Source: Candidatus Eiseniibacteriota bacterium (GTDB taxonomy: Bacteria; Eisenbacteria; RBG-16-71-46; CAVPCR01). Taken from it: a DNA stretch of 64,000 nt. Of the stretch, positions 55,286 through 64,000 are shown piece by piece (the stretch's first letter is position 1; each line of letters starts with the position of its first letter). The DNA lies in assembly GCA_963823555.1 (NCBI GenBank), contig CAWGMA010000002.1, forward strand, positions 576,001 to 640,000, written 5' to 3'. Under the pieces are notes generated by a model that was not told the origin of the DNA, did not search any database, and saw only the letters and a program-made list of their open reading frames with translations. The position numbers and the translations under genes are program-made.

Positions 55286-56455
55286 ATGCGCTCGACCCAG
55301 CCGCCGCATGTCGTCACGATCGCGGATCTCCGCGAACGAGCCCGCCGCCGGTTGCCGCAGGCGGTCTTCGATTACATCGACGGGGGCGCGGAGAGCGAGC
55401 GCACGCTCCGCGAGAACGAGGTCGCCTTCGATCAGGTCCTCTTCCGCCCGCGCTCGGCGGTCGCGACCTACACCTGCGACCTCAGTACGACCGTTCTCGG
55501 CGAGCGCCTCTCCATGCCTGTCATCTGTGCGCCGGTGGGGAGCAGTCGCCTGTTCTGGCCGCGCGGCGAGGAACAGGCAGCGCGAGCGGCCGGCAAGGCC
55601 GGCACCATCTACGCCCTCTCGACCCTGTCCGGATGCCGCCTCGAGGACGTCAAGGCGGCCACAACGGGCCCGGCCTGGTACCAGCTCTATCTGATCGGGG
55701 GCCGGGAGGTCGCGCTCGCGGGCATCGCGCGCGCCCGGGCTGCCGGCTACTCGGCGCTCGTCGTCACCATCGACACGCCGGTCGCCGGCATGCGCGAGCG
55801 CGACTGGCGGAACGGCGTCAAGGAGCTCATCGCGCAGAACCTCTCGAGCGTGCCTTATCTCGGGCAGGTGCTCGAGCGACCCGGCTGGCTCTGGGACACG
55901 CTCAGGGACGGCGGCCTCATGGGGTTTCCGAACATCGTCTTGCCCGAAGGGCCCATGGCCTACGCCGACGTCACGGCGGCGCTCGAGCAATCGATGATCT
56001 CGTGGGGCGATTTCGACTGGATCCGGGAGGCGTGGCAGGGGCCGATCATCGCCAAGGGCGCGCATACCGCCGGCGATGCCTTGAAGGCGATGGACCATGG
56101 CGCCGCCGCGGTCGTGGTGTCGAACCACGGTGGCCGGCAGCTCGACGGCGTGGCCGCCACGCTCCGCGTGCTGCCGGAGATCGTCGATGTCGTGGGCGGG
56201 CGCGTCGACGTGCTCCTCGACGGCGGCGTCAGGCGGGGGAGCGATGTCGTGAAGGCGCTCAGCATGGGGGCGCGGGCCGTGCTGGTCGGTCGCGCCTACG
56301 CCTACGGCCTCGCGGCGGCCGGCGAGGCCGGGGTGTCCCGCGCTCTCGAGATCCTCCGCACCGACATCGTGCGCACGCTCAAGCTCCTCGGGTGCGCCTC
56401 GGTGGCCGAGCTCGATCCCTCCTACGTCCGCGTGCCGGCCGACTGGTCGGCCTGA
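55286..56455 (+). CDS. FMN-dependent alpha-hydroxy acid dehydrogenase (L-lactate/mandelate dehydrogenase family)
   Basis: 'FDYIDGGA', 'WYQLY', 'VTIDTP', 'VSNHGGRQLDG', 'DGGVRRGSDVVKAL', 'GRAYAY'. Confidence 0.93.
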   Translation: MRSTQPPHVVTIADLRERARRRLPQAVFDYIDGGAESERTLRENEVAFDQVLFRPRSAVATYTCDLSTTVLGERLSMPVICAPVGSSRLFWPRGEEQAARAAGKAGTIYALSTLSGCRLEDVKAATTGPAWYQLYLIGGREVALAGIARARAAGYSALVVTIDTPVAGMRERDWRNGVKELIAQNLSSVPYLGQVLERPGWLWDTLRDGGLMGFPNIVLPEGPMAYADVTAALEQSMISWGDFDWIREAWQGPIIAKGAHTAGDALKAMDHGAAAVVVSNHGGRQLDGVAATLRVLPEIVDVVGGRVDVLLDGGVRRGSDVVKALSMGARAVLVGRAYAYGLAAAGEAGVSRALEILRTDIVRTLKLLGCASVAELDPSYVRVPADWSA

Positions 56456-56460
56456 TCCGC

Positions 56461-58878
56461 CTACTCCTCGAACTCGAGCTCCCGGCGGATGCGGTTGAAG
56501 TCGAACCGCTGCCCCGCTGGCAGCCTGGCCTCGTGCCTCTCCATTTCCTTGAGCAGCGTGTCGACCTTCTTCCGGCCCGACCTGGTCTTCACCGCGGTCC
56601 GTGGCTTCTGGCCGCCGAGCGCCGGGAGCGGATGGTCCGCCCAGTCGGCATAGTGTCTCGCCTTCATCTCGCGGAGGACCCGATCCATCTCCTCCTCCGG
56701 CAGATCAAGGGGCGGGGCGTGCGGTGCCGCGATCTCGCGGGCGTCTCTCGCGGCGCTCAGCGGATCGGCGTGCTCGCGGGCGCGATGGGTGATGAGGGAA
56801 CCCAGTGACTCGGTGAGGCGCTGGCGGAGCGCATCGGCTCGCGCGATCGAGTTGCTCTCGAGGCGGAGCTTCTTGCCCGATACCGTGGCTGTCCCGATGA
56901 CGGTGTTTCCCCCTCCGACCTGCCTCGCGCCGGTCGGCTTCATGAAGACGTAGGTCGAGTCGGCTTCCTCGGCCGCAGGCGGATCCGCCATGGTTGCGAG
57001 CCGGCGTTCGATCTCCGCCCGGTCCTTGGGCGCGAAGGCGAAGTGGTCGATCGTGAAGAGCAGGGGATCTCCATCGGTGTTCTGGAGCTCCGGCCGCTGA
57101 GCGGCCGCCAGCCTGGCTCTTTCGATCTCCTCCTCCCAGCGGGCGATGAGCGTGCGCCCGATCGCCTCCCCGCGCATGCGCTCGATCGGGATCGGGCCCG
57201 TGCGGCGGAGCTTCTTCCGCGCCCGCTCGACGACGGCGGCGGCGGCCAGGGGTGGCATGGGGCTCGGATGAACGCCGCACAGCACCGTGGCCCCTTCGTG
57301 ATCGACCACGCGCGCGAGGATGGCGTCGCGCGGCGCCAGCAATCCAGAGGCCGACGTCTCCCGCACGATCCGGTTCTCGCCGGTCAGGAGATCGCTCAGG
57401 GTCAGGCTCCGTCCGGGCTCGACGGCGGTCACCTCCCACACCGAGAGCCAGGCGGCGCGCTGGGCGTGGAGCCAGGAGAGCGCCTCTCCTTGCAGCCGGT
57501 CAGCACGCTCATCGAGAAACCACTCGACGACCGGCTTCTTCGCCACGGGCTCGTGGTAGATGGCCCATTGCGGCAGGAGCTGATCCACGGCCGATGGATC
57601 GCGGAAGGCGCCGGCGGCCGCCGCCATCCAGCCCGGTCCGAATCGATCGCGGGCGAAGCGGTCCAGTGTGCTCGCGAGCTTGCGGTCCAGCTCATGGATG
57701 GGTGCGGGGGAGTCCTCGCCATCTGGAGGAGCGGCAGGCCCGCGCGCTGTCTCCCCGCGCCGCAGGCAGCACTGCTTGTACTTCCTCCCGCTGCCGCAGG
57801 GGCACGGCTGATTGCGACCGACGACCGGCGCCCTGTTGCCGGGAGCGTTCACCGCGAACTCCTCCGCCGCTTCGTAGGGGACGGTGAAGCGGACCTCGAG
57901 GTCATTCTGATCGAAGTAGGACTCGCAGATGGGATCGAACACGTCCTCTCCGAAGATGCTCCCGTGCTTGAGGAAGAAGGCGACGAGGGACGTCGCCGAG
58001 GCCGACATGATGCGGACGTCCCGTTCCTCCAGGGGCCTGAGCAGACCATCGCGGTCTCGGTGCTGCACGAGCGGGTAGGCGCCGGCGTTGGCGACGGGCC
58101 ATCCGTGCTCGAGCGCCTCGCGGAACATGCTCGGGGGCAGTTCAGAGCCCGCCTCGTAGTTCAGGGAGAGGATCGTGCTCCCCAGGTCGATCGAGCGCCG
58201 CCCGCGACGGGGCGCATCGGCCAGATCGATGAAGCGCTCGAAGCCCTCGAGCGAAGGAAAGAGGATGAGTCCCGTCGACTCCCCGAGCGCGCCGATGATG
58301 GACAGGCACGCCCCCTCGACGCCGTAGGCCGGGATATCCACGCGCAGGATCTGGCTGTCGCCCGCGACCTTCCACGGGGCGATCGCGTGGAGGGTCCTGG
58401 CGGCCGTGAACAGGTTCTTGACCGCATCGGGTCCAACGCGGCCACCTTCGAAGTAGCTCGGCTTCTTGCCGCCACCCTCATCGGCCGAGGCCTCGGCCAT
58501 GAAATCGAGGACCTCTCCGATCTCGGGCGTCGGGGCCACGACGATCGGAACCCCCGGCAGGACCGGTCGCACCTCCGCGGCAAGTCCCTGGTCGGCCACC
58601 CGGACGGTGGCGGGCCGTCGTGGTTCGCCGTTGAGGGGGGACTCGATGGCCGCGAGCAGCGCAGCGCCCAGCGCGGACCGTGGGTCCTCGGGGCGGATCA
58701 GCTTGTAGGACACGACGATGGCCCCGGGCATCTCCAGCCAGAGGATCATGTGTGGCCGGTAGGGGGTGTCCTCGGTGATGTAGAAGGGCGTCTCCACCCG
58801 CCCGCCGACCCACTCGGGTCCATCCTGCTCGATGCGGGTCCGCCGCCCGGCGAGACGTCTGATTCGGGCGAGTGCCAT
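56461..58878 (-). CDS. SEC-C motif protein with C-terminal Xre/MbcA/ParS-like antitoxin-type domain
   Basis: 'VGRNQPCPCGSGRKYKQCC'; C-terminal 'YADWADHPLPALGGQKPRTAV...G..KV..LLKEME'. Confidence 0.8.
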   Translation of the reverse strand: MALARIRRLAGRRTRIEQDGPEWVGGRVETPFYITEDTPYRPHMILWLEMPGAIVVSYKLIRPEDPRSALGAALLAAIESPLNGEPRRPATVRVADQGLAAEVRPVLPGVPIVVAPTPEIGEVLDFMAEASADEGGGKKPSYFEGGRVGPDAVKNLFTAARTLHAIAPWKVAGDSQILRVDIPAYGVEGACLSIIGALGESTGLILFPSLEGFERFIDLADAPRRGRRSIDLGSTILSLNYEAGSELPPSMFREALEHGWPVANAGAYPLVQHRDRDGLLRPLEERDVRIMSASATSLVAFFLKHGSIFGEDVFDPICESYFDQNDLEVRFTVPYEAAEEFAVNAPGNRAPVVGRNQPCPCGSGRKYKQCCLRRGETARGPAAPPDGEDSPAPIHELDRKLASTLDRFARDRFGPGWMAAAAGAFRDPSAVDQLLPQWAIYHEPVAKKPVVEWFLDERADRLQGEALSWLHAQRAAWLSVWEVTAVEPGRSLTLSDLLTGENRIVRETSASGLLAPRDAILARVVDHEGATVLCGVHPSPMPPLAAAAVVERARKKLRRTGPIPIERMRGEAIGRTLIARWEEEIERARLAAAQRPELQNTDGDPLLFTIDHFAFAPKDRAEIERRLATMADPPAAEEADSTYVFMKPTGARQVGGGNTVIGTATVSGKKLRLESNSIARADALRQRLTESLGSLITHRAREHADPLSAARDAREIAAPHAPPLDLPEEEMDRVLREMKARHYADWADHPLPALGGQKPRTAVKTRSGRKKVDTLLKEMERHEARLPAGQRFDFNRIRRELEFEE

Positions 58879-58889
58879 GGTAGAGGCCC

Positions 58890-59885
58890 CTAGACCTCGA
58901 TCTCCTTGCCCACCCCCGCCGCGCGCGCGAGCTCGTAGACGCGCCGGGCCGTCGCCACGTCCTCGACGGCGAGACCGACCGACTTGAAGAGTGTGATCTC
59001 GTCCTGCGATGTCCGCCCCGGCCGCGTGCCGGCCGCGATCTCACCGATCGACGCCACGATGTGAGCCTCGGTGATTGCTCCCTCCTGGATCGCGAGGAGG
59101 AGATCCCCCGCCTCGGCAAGGCAGGCCGGTTTGTGATCGGCCACGACCGTGGACCGCCGGATCGCCTCCGTGTCGAGCTCGCGGGCGTTCGGCGAGTGCG
59201 ATCCGATGCCGTTGACATGGGTTCCCGGGCGCAGCTTCCTTCCGTCGAAGATCGGTGTCGCGCTCGAGGTCGCCGTGATGACGATGTCGCACGCCAGGCA
59301 GTCATCCGGGCTGCTGGTCGCCGTCACCGGGAAACCGAGGCTGGCGCTCATCTCGGACGCGAAACGGTCTCGCATCTCGGGCACGAGATCCGAGACCACG
59401 GCGCGATCGAGCCGCCGCGTCTCGGCCACCGCCATGAGCTGCGTGCGCGCCTGGGCGCCCGCGCCGAAGATGCCGGCGCTCCGTGAGTCCTCGCGGGCGA
59501 GGTACCTGGTCGCGACCCCCGAGGCCGCACCCGTCCGCATCGCGGTCAGGAACCCGGCGTCCATGATCGCCACGAGCTCGCCCGTGCGGGCGTCGTTGAG
59601 GAGGATCGTCCCGAAGATCGTCGGCAGCTGGTGGCGGGACGGATTGTCCGGGTAGACGGTCACCGCCTTGAGCGCCAGGGTGCCCGGATCGCCATCGGTC
59701 GCGCCGGCGATGTAGGCCGGCATGCCGAGGTGCAGGCCGTGATGCTCGTTCATGCGGATGGCCGTCCGCTGCGGCAGGATCGCGCGCCCGCTCGCGAGCT
59801 GACACAGGCCGACCTCGACCGCGGCGATCGTCTCCTTCATCGTCAGCACCGACTCGACATCGCGACGGGTGAGAAGCAGCGGCAT
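58890..59885 (-). CDS. Ornithine cyclodeaminase / mu-crystallin family protein
   Basis: '[14 protein letters not shown]', 'GAGAQA', 'HVNGIGS', '[15 protein letters not shown]'. Confidence 0.92.
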   Translation of the reverse strand: MPLLLTRRDVESVLTMKETIAAVEVGLCQLASGRAILPQRTAIRMNEHHGLHLGMPAYIAGATDGDPGTLALKAVTVYPDNPSRHQLPTIFGTILLNDARTGELVAIMDAGFLTAMRTGAASGVATRYLAREDSRSAGIFGAGAQARTQLMAVAETRRLDRAVVSDLVPEMRDRFASEMSASLGFPVTATSSPDDCLACDIVITATSSATPIFDGRKLRPGTHVNGIGSHSPNARELDTEAIRRSTVVADHKPACLAEAGDLLLAIQEGAITEAHIVASIGEIAAGTRPGRTSQDEITLFKSVGLAVEDVATARRVYELARAAGVGKEIEV

Positions 59886-59973
59886 TGTCCGATCTCCCGG
59901 CCGGCCGGGCCCGGTCCTTGGCTGGTGATGGCGAACAGCGGGAGCGATCTTCCAGTGGAAGGCTTCCCCGACA

Positions 59974-60486
59974 TCACATCGGTGAGAATCCCCGTTCGGC
60001 GAAGTACTCGTCCTTCATCCGCGCTTCCAGCAGGTTCAAGGACTCCAGGTGTCCCTTCTCCCAGTCGGCCAGGAAGCGGAACACCTTGGCCGACTCCTCG
60101 TCCGGGCAGTCCTGGGCCGCTTTGGTGTAGAAGTTGATGGCCGACAGCTCCAGCTCGCAACCCGCGGCGACCACGGCCATCTCGAACGACCCGCCCTTCA
60201 CGCGCTTCAGGAACTGCGGTGTGATGACTTCGGACTCGTCGAGCGGGGAGAGGTTCTCGGGAGTCGCGGGAACCGCCCATTCCCCCTTCTCGAGCAGGCT
60301 CTTGAAGTTCTGCTCGAGGAAGGCCTTGTGATGTTCTTCATCGGTGGCCAGGGACTGGAACATGAGACGGGCCGAAGGGTCGGTCGTGCGCTCGGCGGCG
60401 GCCTTGTAGATCTCGAGGCCCCGAAGCTCGGTGATGATCGCCGTCTTGACGGCGTCCAGGACGATCTGGCGAGTGGCTTGATCCAT
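59974..60486 (-). CDS. Ferritin-like (rubrerythrin family) protein
   Basis: Duplicated 'E..G..Y...A.....MF..LA..EEHH' / 'E.....FY...A......F..LA.WEKGH'; AGGAG RBS; TGgTACAAT at 60541-60549 (minus strand). Confidence 0.88.
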   Translation of the reverse strand: MDQATRQIVLDAVKTAIITELRGLEIYKAAAERTTDPSARLMFQSLATDEEHHKAFLEQNFKSLLEKGEWAVPATPENLSPLDESEVITPQFLKRVKGGSFEMAVVAAGCELELSAINFYTKAAQDCPDEESAKVFRFLADWEKGHLESLNLLEARMKDEYFAERGFSPM

Positions 60487-61081
60487 GCAGAAACTCCTCG
60501 GTTTTGTTGGGCCGCAGCGCGACACCGGGAAGGGCCCGGCATTGTACCACGGCGGGCACCACCGGGCCCCTACAGCCGACGCGTTGGTATCCAGATCCGG
60601 GTTCCGCCCTGTGAGCGGTCGCCGGCTACTCGAGGAGCAGTATCTTGCTGCTCAGTGCTCCATCTGGTGTTACAAGCCGCGCGACCCGGAGCTCATTCCT
60701 CGAGAATCGGAATTGCAGTGGGGACTCGGAGGTCACGGGTCGCTCCGTCGTCATTGTCCAGGGAACGGAACATGAAACGGACCAGGGGGAGTCGTGCGTT
60801 AGGACGAACTGGCAGGTGGCTTGGTCCACACAGGAACTCCTTGTCTGGTCTGGATCAGCGAGTCTGTCATCGTGACAGGCGATCCAGGCGAACGGTGCAG
60901 GGGAGCCGCAGCCTGGTCACTAACCCAGAATGTGATCGCCCCTTTTTTCGCGGCGATCGCCGCATCATCTTCCTTGGTGTATACTGCTCGCACGCCGGTT
61001 GGCGCATCCCCGGCGCGTGATCGGGGATCGGGGCCTCCTGGCGGTCAGGAGCACCGTGGTGTGGTGGTGAGGGGTTTCGAC

Positions 61082-62891
61082 ATGACCGCCTCCGTGAAGA
61101 AGATAGTCAGCCAGATCTGCCGCGCCTTCGATAACGATCCGACCCGTCTGCTGGATATCGCCCGCGAAGTCCAATCGCAATGCGGCTGCATCTCGCCGCA
61201 GGCGATCGACGAGATTCACCGCATCCTCGCCGTACCCCGACTCACAGTGCAAAGTCTCGTCTCCTTTTACGCCTTCCTGGGGGAGGAGCCGAAGGGGGCC
61301 GTCGTCATCCGGCTGTGTGACGATGTCGTCGACCGCCTCTCCGGGTACGAGCGTGTCGCCCGGGCGTTCTGCGAAGAGCTCGGCATCGGTCTCGGGGAGA
61401 CGACCCCGGACGGCGCGATCACGCTCGAGCGCACGGCATGCATCGGGATGAGCGATCAGGCGCCGGCCGCGCTTGTCAACGAGGTCGTCATCACCGAGAT
61501 GTCGAGCGACATGGCGCGCGAGATCGTCGCCGAGCTCCGGGCGCACATGGCGCCGGAACGCCTGGTCCGGAAGCTCGGCGACGGCAACAACGCGCACATC
61601 CTCGTCCGCTCGATGGTGAAGAACAACATTCGCATGGCGGGCCCGATCGTCCTCGCCCCGGCGCGCCGCGGCGAGGCGATCCGCAAGGCGGCGGCGATGA
61701 GCCCGAGAGAGGTGATCAACGCCGTGAAGACGGCCCGCCTCCGCGGTCGCGGCGGGGCCGGGTTCCCGACCGGGATCAAGTGGGAGTTCGCGCGGGCCGC
61801 ACCTGGAGAACGCAAGTTCGTCGTCTGCAACGCCGATGAGGGCGAGCCCGGGACCTTCAAGGATCGCGCGCTCCTGACCGAGTTTCCCGATCGGGTCTTC
61901 GCCGGCATGACCATCGCCGGGTACGCGATCGGCGCCAACCAGGGGATCCTCTATCTCCGCGGCGAGTACGCCTACCTGAGGGAGTTCCTCGAGGACGTGC
62001 TGGCGAGGCGGCGCGCCGACGGGCTGCTCGGCAAGAGCATCGGCGCGCGACACTCCTTCGACTTCGACATCCGCATCGCGATGGGAGCGGGCGCCTACGT
62101 CTGCGGCGAGGAGACGGCGCTCCTCAACTCGTGCGAGGGTCTGCGCGGCGATCCACGCAACCGGCCACCGTTCCCCGCGCAGCGCGGCTACCTCGGGTTC
62201 CCGACGGTGGTCAACAACGTCGAGACGCTGGCCTGCGCGACCCGGATCCTCGAGTCGGGCCCGGCCACCTTTTCCGACTACGGGACCGCGCAGAGCTCCG
62301 GCACGAAGCTCCTCAGCATCTCGGGCGACGTGCGGCAGGCCGGGGTCTACGAGGTGCCGTTCGGCACCAGGGTCCGCGACATCCTGGCCCTGGCCGACGG
62401 CGGCGATGCCATCGCGGTCCAGATCGGCGGGCCGAGCGGTCGGATGATCGGCCCGGCGGATTTCGATCGCACGATCTGCTTCGACGATCTGGCCACGGGC
62501 GGAGCCATGGTGGTGTTCGGCCCCGGGCGGGACGTGATCGAGATCGCCCGCATGTACATGGAGTTCTTCGTCGATGAGAGCTGCGGCTACTGCACACCGT
62601 GCCGCGTCGGGAATGTGCTCCTGCTGCAAGGGCCTCGAGCGGGTTCTCGGCGGCCGCGGGGAGCCGGGCGATCTGGTCGAGTTCGAGGCGATCGCCCGGA
62701 CCATGAAGGCCACGAGCCGCTGCGGCCTCGGACAGACCTCGTTCCTTCCCGTTCTGACCTCGCTTGCGAGCTTCAGGCCGCTCTACGAGTCGCGGGTCAA
62801 GGAGGACCCGCGGAAGTTCCGTCGGTCGTTCGACCTCGCAGCGGCGACCGCCGAGGCGACGCAGATCCGCGCGGGAGGCACTCATGGGTGA
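61082..62891 (+). CDS. hoxF: NAD-reducing hydrogenase diaphorase subunit (NuoE+NuoF-like), frameshift ~62627
   Basis: 'CIGMSDQAPAALVN', 'LRGRGGAGFPTG.KW', 'CNADEGEPGTFKDR', 'GAGAYVCGEETAL', 'ESCGYCTPCRVG', 'SRCGLGQT'. Confidence 0.9.
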
Positions 62892-63596
62892 CGGCTGGCG
62901 CTTCATCCTCGATGGTAGTGAGATCGCAGCCGAGCCGGGCGAGACAATCATTCAGGCGGCGGACCGGCCGGCCTCTACATTCCCCGGCTCTGTCATCTGC
63001 CGGGTCTCGAGCCGTTCGGGAGCTGTCGCCTCTGCACGGTGAAGGCAAACGGCCGGCTGGTCGCTGCCTGCACCACGCCGGCGAGTGGCGGCATGGTCGT
63101 CGAGAACGACACCGAGGAGCTCAACGCTCACCGCAAGCTGCTGCTCGAGATGCTGTTCGTCGAGGGTAACCACTTCTGCATGTCCTGCGAGAAGAGCGGC
63201 AACTGCGAGCTCCAGGCGCTCGGCTACCGCTTCGCGATCTCCGCTCCCCGCTTCGAGTTCCAGTTTCCCATCCGGGAGGTCGACGCCTCGCACCCGGACA
63301 TCCTCATCGATCACAACCGCTGCATCCTCTGCGCGCGCTGCGTGCGCGCATCGCGCGATCTGGACCGGAAGAACGTCTTCGGCTTCGTCGGGCGGGGCGC
63401 ACACAAGCGGATCGCCGTGAGCTCCGGATCGCGGCTCAGGGATACCGACGCGGACGTGACCGACCACGCTCTTCAAGTCTGTCCGGTGGGGGCGCTGCTC
63501 AGGAAACGCGTCGGATTCGTCGTTCCCGTGGGCCAGCGGCTCTACGACAGGACGCCGATCGGGGCGGCCGCCACGCCGGAGGAAGACCAGCGATGA
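62884..63596 (+). CDS. hoxU: NAD-reducing hydrogenase Fe-S subunit, frameshift ~62970
   Basis: 'IPRLCH...GSCRLCTV', 'AACT', 'EGNHFCMSCEKSGNCELQ', 'CILCARCVRA', 'CPVGAL'. Confidence 0.9.
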
Positions 63597-64000
63597 ACAA
63601 GCCCAGGGTCGCCACGACATCGCTCTGCGGTTGCTTTGGTTGCCACATGTCACTGCTCGATCTCGACGAGCGCATCCTCGATCTGGCCGAGGTCGTGGCC
63701 TTCGACAAGTCGCCGATCAACGACTTCAAGGATTTCACAGCGCCCTGCGCCGTCGGGTTGATCGAGGGTGGCTGCGCGAACGAGGAGAACGTCGAGGTCC
63801 TGCGCCGCTTCCGCGAGCACTGTGCCGTGCTGGTCTCGGTCGGGGACTGCGCGACCATGGGCGGGATTCCCGCTCTCAGGAACATGGTTCCACTCGCAGG
63901 AGTGCCTCGAGGAGGCCTACGTGCGCGGACCCTCCGTGCACAACCCCGGCGGTCTCGTCCCGAACGACCCCGAGCTCCCGCTCCTTCTCGACAAGGTCTA
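63593..64000 (+). CDS. hoxY: NAD-reducing hydrogenase small subunit (partial, runs off the window)
   Basis: Read directly from ATG 63593: MNKPRVATTSLCGCFGCHMSLLDLDERI...GLIEGG...VSVGDCATMGGIPALRN. Confidence 0.9.
   Translation, partial: MNKPRVATTSLCGCFGCHMSLLDLDERILDLAEVVAFDKSPINDFKDFTAPCAVGLIEGGCANEENVEVLRRFREHCAVLVSVGDCATMGGIPALRNMVPLAGVPRGGLRARTLRAQPRRSRPERPRAPAPSRQGL

Noticed and set aside
61082..64000. Complex I nuoEFG
   Set aside because: The short HoxU-type subunit is followed by a HoxY small subunit, which fits a group 3d NAD-linked hydrogenase

Overview
High-GC bacterial chromosomal window. Many exported proteins end in a 'PNPFNP...I.F/Y...V.DV.GR.V..L...W.G.D..G..V.SG.YF' FlgD-Ig/T9SS-like module, a pattern typical of FCB-affiliated candidate lineages such as Eisenbacteria, Krumholzibacteriota or Latescibacterota (taxonomy is inferred, not shown). 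Contents: a secreted hydrolase cluster (M28, M14 and C25 peptidases, a sialidase-like protein); an ECF sigma / degenerate ClpA-B-like ATPase / PcfJ unit; leucine-catabolism genes; a DUF2760-Hsp70-Hsp70/DUF3731 operon; a DUF222-HNH endonuclease; a di-heme peroxidase; a GHKL ATPase; a VIT-VWA / ECF sigma / small-protein unit; a TolC-MFP-RND operon with glgB inside it; and the start of a hoxFUY NAD-linked hydrogenase operon. Many genes carry single-base frameshifts, concentrated at about 22.7-24.3 kb and 52.3-54.9 kb, which are most likely long-read or consensus errors. The most striking unexplained signal is a 16-bp parS-like palindrome, TGTTTCCGC(T/G)GAAACA. It occurs as a 27-bp-period array in the 3' tail of the HNH gene, as a second 27-bp-period intergenic array 30 kb away, and as a solo copy inside a decayed gene. 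This suggests an HNH-associated palindromic repeat system or a lineage-specific parS-type site. No rRNA, tRNA or CRISPR array was recognised.
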